DNA of 34,099 nucleotides from Burkholderiaceae bacterium (GTDB lineage Bacteria; Pseudomonadota; Gammaproteobacteria; Burkholderiales; Burkholderiaceae_E): NCBI GenBank assembly GCA_035761045.1, contig DASTRU010000292.1, positions 1 to 34,099 of the forward strand, read 5' to 3'. Shown piece by piece: positions 27,008 to 34,099 of this stretch (position 1 is its first letter; each line of letters starts with the position of its first letter). The notes under the pieces were generated by a model. It saw only the letters and a program-made list of their open reading frames with translations, ran no database searches and was not told where the DNA came from. The position numbers and the translations under genes were made by a program.

Positions 27008-28780
27008 TTATCGCGCGACTTCGGCGGGCAAGGCCTCGGCCCGCCGGCGTACGTTAAAGCGCAGGCTTTGCGGGTAAGGAAACACGCTCACCACATGGCC
27101 TTTTTCAATGCGCTCTTTCAAACGCTGCCAAAACTCCGGGGTGAATAAGTCGGCGTGATGCTTAAGCATGATCGCGCGCACTCGCGGATCGCCCAACAAG
27201 AACGGCTTGAACTCCTCGGGAAACACGTCGTATCGCCCAACCGAGTACCACACCTCGCTCGCCATTGCTTCTTCTTCGGTGCGCGGCTCCGGCACCCGAC
27301 GGAAGTTGCACGTCGTCATGTACTCGATCTCGTCGTAGTCGTAAAACACCACGCGGCCTTGGCGCGAGACGCCAAAGTTTTTATAAAGCATGTCGCCCGG
27401 AAAAATATTCGCGGCGGCTAAGTCCTTAATCGCCTGTCCATACTCGATCAAGCAGCGCTCAAGCTCCACGTCGCTTGCCGACTGCATATAGAGATTAAGC
27501 GGCGTCATGTAACGCTCGATATAAAGATGACGCACGACCACGGTATCGGGCGTGACTTCAAGCATCGACGGCGCGAGCGCGAGCAATTCATCGATCAGCT
27601 CTTGCGAAAAGCGCGCGCGGGGAAACGCGACGTTGCTGTACTCCAAGTTGTCGGCCATGCGCCCCACGCGGTCGTGGCGTTTGACGAGTTGGTACTTTTG
27701 CATCACGCCTTCGCGGGTAATGTCCTTCGTCGCGCTAATGCGATCCTTGATCACCTTGAACACATAAGGAAACGAGGGCAGGCAAAACACCAGCATCACC
27801 AATCCCTTGATGCCCGGCGCGATCACGAATTGATCGGTCGAATGTTTGAGGTGGTGCAAGAAATCCCGATAGAACAACGTCTTGCCAAATTTTTGCAGGC
27901 CGACCATCGCATACAACTCGGCCTTGGGCTTATTAGGCATCACGCTGCGCAGGAATTGCACATAGCCCGCTGGCACTTCCATATCGACGAAGAAATAAGC
28001 GCGCGCGAATGAAAACAGGGTGAGGATTTGATCTCGCTCGAACAAAATCGTGTCGACCGAAAGCCGTCCTAAGTGTTCGTGCAACAGCGCGATCGCGAAT
28101 GGCCATTCTTGAAAGCCGTTGATGATCTTGCCGATCAAATAACAACCCTTATTGCGAAAGAACGGACCCGACAACACCTGCACTTGGTGATTCGGCATGC
28201 GTTTAACCGATGGCGGAAACACGGCTTCCGCTTCGGCGCATAGCGCGTCGAGATCGCGTTCCAAGTTCGCGAACGGCGCCATGAAGTCCGCGTCGAACAA
28301 AATCTCCCGAAACACATCGCGCAATTCATGCGGACTGGCGGGGTAATAACTGCGATACGCGGTCGGCTCTGAATCGAGATATTCGGTGGAAATCGTGGGT
28401 CGTACGAAGATGAATTCGTTGCGGTAATAGTCGCGATGCAAGATCTTGCAAATCACCGAATTAAAAAAACTTTCCGCGCATTCGGGCTGTTTATGGTCGA
28501 GCAATAAGTCGACGTATTCGAACTTGATTTGGCTCCACAGCTCGTTGTCTTGCGTGTCGGCGCGGAACTCGCGGTCTAGCCGTTCGACGGTTTCCAGCAC
28601 TCGTGTGTCGTAAAACGCGATCCGCTCGGACGCGGCGCGTTGCATCCCCAGCCAGTCGGCTTGCTCGAACCGTTGCTTGGCCTGTCGCGCCGTCTCTCTA
28701 AAGATGCGGTAGTGCTTATTAAAGCCCCACAAAATGACTTGAGCGATCGCCTTGGCCGTCGCGAGTTTTCCAGGTGTCAC
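27008..28780 (-). CDS. aceK: Isocitrate dehydrogenase kinase/phosphatase
   Basis: N-terminus [33 protein letters not shown] parallels E. coli AceK ([30 protein letters not shown]). 590 aa. GTG start with an AGGAG SD. Confidence 0.9.
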   Translation of the reverse strand: [590 protein letters not shown]

Positions 28781-28790
28781 GCCAACTCCT

Positions 28791-28828
28791 AAAGAAAAAG
28801 GCGCCTTCGGTTTCCCGACGGCGCCTTT
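28791..28828 (-). terminator. Rho-independent terminator downstream of the parvulin PPIase gene, abutting the aceK RBS
   Basis: The minus strand reads AAAGGCGCC-G-TCGG-GAAA-CCGA-A-GGCGCCTTT followed by TTCTTT. That is a 9 bp + 4 bp stem with one mismatch, a 4-nt loop and a U-tract. AGGAG and the aceK GTG follow within 20 nt. Confidence 0.75.
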
Positions 28829-28864
28829 GCATGCTAACGCGATGACTGGCGAGTGGCGTATTGC

Positions 28865-29638
28865 TTATTGCACCTTGGCGGCTTCGCGTAGTTGCTTTTG
28901 ATAGGCCGCGAGTTTTTTCTGCTGAATCATCTCGGTGATTTGCTGCTTGACCTGATCAAGCGGCGGAATCTGCGCTTGACGCGTGTCGTCCAAGCGAATC
29001 ACGTGGTAACCAAATTGCGTCTTCACCGGCGTGTCGGTGGTTTGACCCTTTTGCAGCTTGGTCAGCGCTTGGCTGAATTCAGGCACGTAATTCGTCGCGG
29101 GCGCCCAGTCCAAGTCGCCGCCGTTCGCGGCCGAGCCCGGGTCCTTCGATTGTTTGGCGAGTTCCTCGAACTTCGCGCCGCCCTTGAGCTTGGCGATGAT
29201 CGCCTTCGCGTCTTCTTCCTTATCGACCAGGATATGACGCGCGCGGTATTCGGTGCCCGAAGCGCGCGCTTTGGCCGCGTCGTACTCTTTTTGGATATCG
29301 GCGTCGCTAATCGGATTCTTCTTCAAATACTCCTGCGCGAGCGCCGAGGCGAGGATACGAGTACGCGCGTTATCCAACGCGGCCTTCACGTCGCTACGCG
29401 CGCTTACCTTTTGACGATCGGCTTCTTGCAGCAGCACTTCGCGCATGATCAAGTCCTCGCGAATTTGGTTGCGCAGCTCGGGCGACTCGGCCTGGCCTTG
29501 CTTCTTAAGCTCGGCCACGATCTCGTCCACCTTGGAGGACGGAATGGCTTTACCGTTAACGACGGCGGCGTTTTGCGCGAAGGCGGTGCTGGCGGCGGCC
29601 AAGGCGAGTGAAGCGGCCAAGGTTTTGATTCGGGTCAT
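28865..29638 (-). CDS. Periplasmic parvulin-type peptidyl-prolyl cis-trans isomerase (PpiC/SurA-like)
   Basis: Signal peptide MTRIKTLAASLALAAASTAFAQ. Parvulin core YRARHILV...GGDLDW...FGYHVIRL. GAGG SD 6 nt before ATG 29638 (alternative ATG at 29644). Confidence 0.85.
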   Translation of the reverse strand: MTRIKTLAASLALAAASTAFAQNAAVVNGKAIPSSKVDEIVAELKKQGQAESPELRNQIREDLIMREVLLQEADRQKVSARSDVKAALDNARTRILASALAQEYLKKNPISDADIQKEYDAAKARASGTEYRARHILVDKEEDAKAIIAKLKGGAKFEELAKQSKDPGSAANGGDLDWAPATNYVPEFSQALTKLQKGQTTDTPVKTQFGYHVIRLDDTRQAQIPPLDQVKQQITEMIQQKKLAAYQKQLREAAKVQ

Positions 29639-29760
29639 GGACATCCTCGATAAATGTGCCCAATGCACGGGCAGATAAACGAAACTGGAGGTGGACGGGA
29701 TTAAACGTTAAGACAACCGACGCTATCGTACGAATATGTGACTAAGTACGTTTCAACGAA

Positions 29761-30051
29761 TTAAGCGTCGGTATTAGGCGGCGGACCGGATTCATTAGGA
29801 GCCCGCGCGTCGATGGCAAGTGCATGAATCTCACGTTGCATCAATGGGTGCAGGGCATCATACACGAGGCGATGACGCATCACGCGTGGCTTTCCGGCGA
29901 AGTCAGGCGAGACGATTTGTAAACGGTAATGTCCTCCGCCGCCCTTGGCGCCTTCGTGGCCCGCGTGCAATGCCGAGTCATCCTCGATGCGAAACGACTG
30001 CACGCGAAGCGCGGCGCGCAACGCATGTTCGATGCGTTCAACGATGTTCAT
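29761..30051 (-). CDS. BolA family protein
   Basis: 96 aa with the BolA signature ...DDSALHAGH......HYRLQIVSPDFAGK..V.RHRLVY.AL....IHALAI. The start overlaps the yciB 3-prime end by 14 nt. Confidence 0.85.
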   Translation of the reverse strand: MNIVERIEHALRAALRVQSFRIEDDSALHAGHEGAKGGGGHYRLQIVSPDFAGKPRVMRHRLVYDALHPLMQREIHALAIDARAPNESGPPPNTDA

Positions 30052-30679
30052 CGGCCAATCCTTGCGCCTCGCGCATATGACGCGATAACAGCAGTCCTTG
30101 CGCGAGCACGAACAGCAACGTAAGTCCTAAGAAACCGAAGAGCTTGAACGACACCCACGTTTCAGTCGGAAATCGATACGCGACGAACAAGTTGAGCACG
30201 CCCATCACGCCAAAGAACATCATCCACGCCACGTTGAGTCGCCCCCATATCGCATCGGGTAGTTGAATCTGCGACTGCATCATGCCGCGGATAAGGTTGC
30301 GGCCAAACACGAGGCGGCCGATCAACAGCGCTAACGCGAAGGCCCAATACAGCACCGTTGGCTTCCACTTGATAAAGGTTTCGTCATGGAACCAAATCGT
30401 CGCGCCGCCAAAGACCACGATGATGGCAAGACTGATCCACAACATGCGCTCGACTCGCCCATGCCTAACCCATTGCCAAACGACTTGTGCGATCGACGCG
30501 AGGATCGCGACCAAGGTCGCCCACAAGATGGGTGCTTGCGCGGCGGTGACCACGCCGCCCGATACCGCGGCTCCAAACCATTGCGTGGCCGCATGAGCCG
30601 CAACATCGGGATACGCGCCACCGAGTTTGAACACAATAAAAAACAACAACACCGGAAGTAAGTCGGCGATGAGCTTCAT
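30038..30679 (-). CDS. yciB: Intracellular septation protein A (YciB/IspZ), inner-membrane protein
   Basis: MKLIADLLPVLLFFIVFK... and FHDETFIKWKPTVLYW, NLIRGMM...LP..IW..LN.AW..FF parallel E. coli YciB along its length. Confidence 0.9.
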   Translation of the reverse strand: MKLIADLLPVLLFFIVFKLGGAYPDVAAHAATQWFGAAVSGGVVTAAQAPILWATLVAILASIAQVVWQWVRHGRVERMLWISLAIIVVFGGATIWFHDETFIKWKPTVLYWAFALALLIGRLVFGRNLIRGMMQSQIQLPDAIWGRLNVAWMMFFGVMGVLNLFVAYRFPTETWVSFKLFGFLGLTLLFVLAQGLLLSRHMREAQGLADEHR

Positions 30680-30735
30680 GCGAGCATTAAAAGTAAAAGC
30701 GATGCGATCGATTCTAACGGCCCGAATCCGCGCGT

Positions 30736-31131
30736 TCAGCGCGATTCAAAACGCAAGGCCGCCGAATTAATGCAATACCGCAAGCCCGTGGGCGGCGGGC
30801 CGTCTTCGAACACATGGCCTAAATGCGCGTCGCACACATTGCAAATGACTTCGGTGCGCACCATGCCGTGGCTGTAGTCGGTTTTCTCGCGCACCTTGGT
30901 GGGGTCCAACGCGCGAAAGTACGACGGCCACCCGCAACCCGAATCGAACTTCGTATCCGACTCGAACAAGGGCGTGCCGCAACACACGCAGGTGTAAATG
31001 CCATGCTCGTGATGGTTCCAATACTGACCGGTGAACGCGCGTTCGGTATGGGCCTTGCGCGTGACGAGGTAGGCCATCTCGTCAAGTTCGGCGCGCCACT
31101 CGGCGTCGCTTTTCATTACTTTTTCCGACAT
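30736..31131 (-). CDS. msrB: Peptide-methionine (R)-S-oxide reductase
   Basis: 131 aa. Zn-binding CxxC pairs ([21 protein letters not shown]) and catalytic RYCINS. AGGAGA SD immediately after the selO stop. The ORF extension to 31386 is spurious and overlaps selO. Confidence 0.9.
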   Translation of the reverse strand: MSEKVMKSDAEWRAELDEMAYLVTRKAHTERAFTGQYWNHHEHGIYTCVCCGTPLFESDTKFDSGCGWPSYFRALDPTKVREKTDYSHGMVRTEVICNVCDAHLGHVFEDGPPPTGLRYCINSAALRFESR

Positions 31132-31144
31132 TGATAGTTCTCCT

Positions 31145-32674
31145 TTAGGACGAGCAACTAACCTCCAACCCCGACGCCCAGTCCGGCGGCAACGCCGCGT
31201 AATGCGCGAACTCCGGTTGTTCGTCGTACGGGCGGCGCAAGCATTGCAAGAGCGATGCGATTTCGGAGTAGTCCTTATCGCGCGCCTTACGAATTGCATT
31301 CTCGGCAAGCCAGTTGCGCAAGACGTACTTAGGATTCGCGCGCAGCATGCGCGTTCGCCGTGCCGCTTCGTTTGATTGTTCGGCATTCAAACGGTCGCGC
31401 CAAGTGGCAAGCCAGGCATCGCACGCGGCGCGATCGATGAATAAGTCGCGTACGGCATCGTCTGAATGCGGCGCGGCTTGATTGGGCAGATGACTTAGTC
31501 CGCGGAAGAACAAGGTGTAGTCGGGCCGATGCGCTTGCAAAAACGCGAACGTGGACGTCATGAAGGCTTCGTCATTGGCATGCGTCGCGACGAGTCCGAG
31601 TTTCGCGCGTATGAGCGCGGCAAATGTCTCGTCATACGCCGGTGCGAATCCCTCTTCGATCGCGGCGCGCGCGACGTCTTCGTCGCCAATCAACGGCAAC
31701 AAGGCGCTGCCAAGCGCGTACAAATTCCAATGCGCGACCTCGGGCTGGCGCGCGTACGCATACCGGCCCGCGTGGTCCGAGTGATTGCAGATATGCGCGG
31801 CGTCAAACGCCTCCATGAACCCGAATGGTCCGTAGTCCAAGGTAAGCCCAAGAATCGACATGTTGTCGGTGTTCATGACGCCATGCATGAAGCCGACGGC
31901 CTGCCAATGCGCGATCAATACGCCCGTGCGTCGCGACACTTCGCGCAACAAGCTCGCGTACGGCGAGGAGTGATCGCGCGACTCCGGCATGAAGGTGTCG
32001 ATCACGTAATCCGCCAATTGCTTGAGTTCGGGCTTCGGTGCGTTTTCATTAACGCCTTGCGCGGCCCAATGTTCGAACGAACCAAACCGCACGAAGCTTG
32101 GCGACAATCGCGTCACGACGGCGGCGGTTTCGATGGTTTCGCGGCGCACGGGTAAGTCCGCGCCTACGATGCATAAGGCGCGCGTGGTCGGAATCCCCAA
32201 ACCCGCCATCGCCTCCGAACATAAGAACTCGCGGATCGACGAACGCAACACCGCGCGCCCATCGCCCATGCGCGAGTAAGGCGTGCGGCCCGCGCCCTTA
32301 AGCTGGATTTCCCAAGCGCCGTGCGGTCCTTGGACCTCGCCAAGCAAATGCGCACGCCCGTCGCCTAATTGGCCGGCCCAAACGCCAAACTGATGGCCCG
32401 AATAAACAGCGGCCAGCGGCGCGCCGCCCGGCAACGGCTGATTGCCAGCGAAGACGTCGACAAACTCTTGCAAGGCAAGTGCGTTGCCCTCAAGCCCGAG
32501 CAAATGAGCGGCGTCGTCACTCACCGCCACGAGGTAAGGCGAGGGCAGGCCCGCTGGCGTCAAGCGCGTGTAAAAAGTTTCGGGCAGCCGCGCGAAAGTA
32601 TTTGGCAGCGATGGTTGTTTAGACCATAACGGCGTTTGGACCGTATCGGTAATGTCGGTGGAAGTCATGCGCAT
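31145..32674 (-). CDS. selO: Protein adenylyltransferase SelO (YdiU, UPF0061)
   Basis: [72 protein letters not shown] motifs. C-terminus ...VSCSS. Confidence 0.9.
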   Translation of the reverse strand: MRMTSTDITDTVQTPLWSKQPSLPNTFARLPETFYTRLTPAGLPSPYLVAVSDDAAHLLGLEGNALALQEFVDVFAGNQPLPGGAPLAAVYSGHQFGVWAGQLGDGRAHLLGEVQGPHGAWEIQLKGAGRTPYSRMGDGRAVLRSSIREFLCSEAMAGLGIPTTRALCIVGADLPVRRETIETAAVVTRLSPSFVRFGSFEHWAAQGVNENAPKPELKQLADYVIDTFMPESRDHSSPYASLLREVSRRTGVLIAHWQAVGFMHGVMNTDNMSILGLTLDYGPFGFMEAFDAAHICNHSDHAGRYAYARQPEVAHWNLYALGSALLPLIGDEDVARAAIEEGFAPAYDETFAALIRAKLGLVATHANDEAFMTSTFAFLQAHRPDYTLFFRGLSHLPNQAAPHSDDAVRDLFIDRAACDAWLATWRDRLNAEQSNEAARRTRMLRANPKYVLRNWLAENAIRKARDKDYSEIASLLQCLRRPYDEQPEFAHYAALPPDWASGLEVSCSS

Positions 32675-32713
32675 AGGAGCCCGAAACGGGCCAGTTGGTT
32701 CGCGCGACGGGCG

Positions 32714-34099
32714 TTAACGCACGGCCAGCGCGGCGAGAAGGTCGGTTTCGATCTGCAATTGCGTTTTTTGATTGGCAAGCGCCGCGCCTTCGACGAGAAA
32801 CACGTCTTCGACTCGATCGCCGAGCGTCATGATCTTGGCGGTGTGCACGGCAATTTTGTAATTCGTCAACACGCGCGCGATCGCATACAACAACCCCGAT
32901 CGATCCGCCGCCGTCACCGACAGCAGGTAATACTGGCCGCGTTCGTCGGGTAATAACTCGACCCGAGGTTGAATCGGAAAATGCCGCGATTGCCGCGATA
33001 TGCGGGCTTGCACCGGCTCGGGCAGCGGTGTGGCTTCGCTAATGACTTCGACCAGATCACGTTCCACGATGGGTGACAAAGCGCGGTAATCGGTCAGTGC
33101 CTCGCGGGTCGAATTGGTGTCGGTCACGATGAAGGTATCGAGCGCGTAACCATGCCGAGTGGTGTGCACTTTGGCGTCGAGAATCGAATACCGCTTGCCG
33201 TCGAAGTAGCCGCACAAGCGCGCGAATAAGTCGGGCTGATCGCGCACGTACACCGCGACTTGCATGCCGTCGCCCACCAAGGCCGGACGCGCCTTCACCA
33301 CCGGCTCTTGCGCGTTCACCTGGTAGTGCAGCGACCGCGTCAACCACGCGATCGTCTTTGGGTCTTGGCGCAGGAAAAAGGCGACGTCGAGTTGCTTCCA
33401 CAATTCTTCGTGCACGGTGTCGGAGAAGGCGTACAAGCGAAGAATTCGCCGCGCTTCTTGTTGGCGCGCGGCAAGTTCCGCGTTCGGTTGAAACGCTTGC
33501 ACCACGCCCTCGGCGCCCAGCGCGCGCCGCGTGAGATGAAATAAGTCCTCGAGCAACTTACCTTTCCACGCGTTCCACACCTTGGGCGACGTGCCACGAA
33601 TATCGGCCACCGTCAGCAAGTACAACGCCGTCAGGCGGCGCTCGGTGCCCACGAGCCGCGCGAAATCGGTAATGACTTGCGGATCGCTCAAATCCTTCTT
33701 CTGCGCGACTTGGCTCATCGTCAAATGATGTTCGACGAGAAATTCGAGCAACTCGTTGTCCTCGGCGCTCAGTCCGTGGTCGCGCGCGAAGCGGCGCACC
33801 TCGACCTTGCCAAGCACGCTATGGTCGCCGCCACGGCCTTTGGCGATGTCGTGAAACAAAGCGGCGACATACAGCAACCAGTGACGCTCGAAATTCGCCA
33901 TCAATTGCGAGCAAAACGGATATTCGTGCGCGTGCTCGGCCATCGTGAAGCGACGCACGTTGCGAATCACCGTCAGGATGTGTTGATCGACGGTATAGAC
34001 GTGAAATAAATCGTGCTGCATTTGGCCAACGATGCGGCGAAACACCGGCAAGTAGCGGCCGAGAATGCTGACGTCGTTCATCCGTCTAAGCTCGTGCAC
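32714..34099 (-). CDS. glnD: [Protein-PII] uridylyltransferase / uridylyl-removing enzyme (3-prime part only; N-terminus lies beyond the window)
   Basis: HD domain ([13 protein letters not shown]) followed by two ACT domains ([20 protein letters not shown]...). The ORF is open at the right window edge. Confidence 0.9.
   Translation of the reverse strand: MHELRRMNDVSILGRYLPVFRRIVGQMQHDLFHVYTVDQHILTVIRNVRRFTMAEHAHEYPFCSQLMANFERHWLLYVAALFHDIAKGRGGDHSVLGKVEVRRFARDHGLSAEDNELLEFLVEHHLTMSQVAQKKDLSDPQVITDFARLVGTERRLTALYLLTVADIRGTSPKVWNAWKGKLLEDLFHLTRRALGAEGVVQAFQPNAELAARQQEARRILRLYAFSDTVHEELWKQLDVAFFLRQDPKTIAWLTRSLHYQVNAQEPVVKARPALVGDGMQVAVYVRDQPDLFARLCGYFDGKRYSILDAKVHTTRHGYALDTFIVTDTNSTREALTDYRALSPIVERDLVEVISEATPLPEPVQARISRQSRHFPIQPRVELLPDERGQYYLLSVTAADRSGLLYAIARVLTNYKIAVHTAKIMTLGDRVEDVFLVEGAALANQKTQLQIETDLLAALAVR

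Noticed and set aside
30736-31386. 216-aa version of the msrB ORF extending upstream to 31386.
   Set aside because: The extension overlaps the selO 3-prime end, is Arg/Cys/Thr-rich nonsense, and MsrB homology starts at MSEKVMK (ATG 31131), which is preceded by AGGAGA.
1-34099. Search by eye for CRISPR arrays, IS/transposase or integrase genes, prophage genes, tRNA/rRNA genes, toxin-antitoxin pairs or known defence-system enzymes.
   Set aside because: No regularly spaced direct repeats, no terminal inverted repeats flanking an ORF, no recombinase- or nuclease-like ORFs and no structured RNA genes were seen. Every large ORF except 16315..18918 has a housekeeping-type assignment.

Overview
Densely packed chromosomal window of about 60% GC, 27 protein-coding genes, mostly housekeeping. 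The yciB-bolA-parvulin, selO-msrB and glnD neighbourhood suggests a Burkholderiales-like beta-proteobacterium (inference only). From left to right on the + strand: a respiratory, Tat-exported, Cys-type molybdopterin formate dehydrogenase locus. It comprises a poly-ferredoxin, a TorD-like chaperone, a small Tat-signal protein, alpha, beta, a small lipoprotein, cytochrome-b gamma and a small secreted Lys/Ala-rich protein, followed by a DUF1178 zinc-ribbon protein. Next, on the - strand, a translationally coupled kinase / acyl-CoA dehydrogenase / Nu-class GST operon. Then a FimV-like polar-landmark-type protein, divergent tesA / ybbA-like ABC ATPase genes with overlapping start codons, and nnr. 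Then a large orphan membrane protein (about 870 aa, patchy low GC) sits 20 nt upstream of a fused HyuA-HyuB 5-oxoprolinase. The right end carries a small membrane protein, purL, stand-alone aceK, a parvulin PPIase, bolA-family, yciB, msrB, selO and the 3-prime part of glnD. I found no tRNA/rRNA genes, CRISPR arrays, transposases or integrases. The most novel-looking element is the orphan ORF at 16315..18918. It has a disordered N-terminus, a His/Asp cluster, three Gly/Ala-rich glycine-zipper-like hydrophobic blocks and a long helical C-terminus, and I recognise no family. Secondary points of interest are the split ACAD10/11-like kinase+ACAD pair with a GST, several perfect palindromes next to start codons or Shine-Dalgarno (SD) sites, an intrinsic terminator abutting the aceK ribosome-binding site (RBS), and gene junctions that overlap at both 5-prime and 3-prime ends. 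All functional calls rest on my recognition of the translated ORFs; no database search was run.
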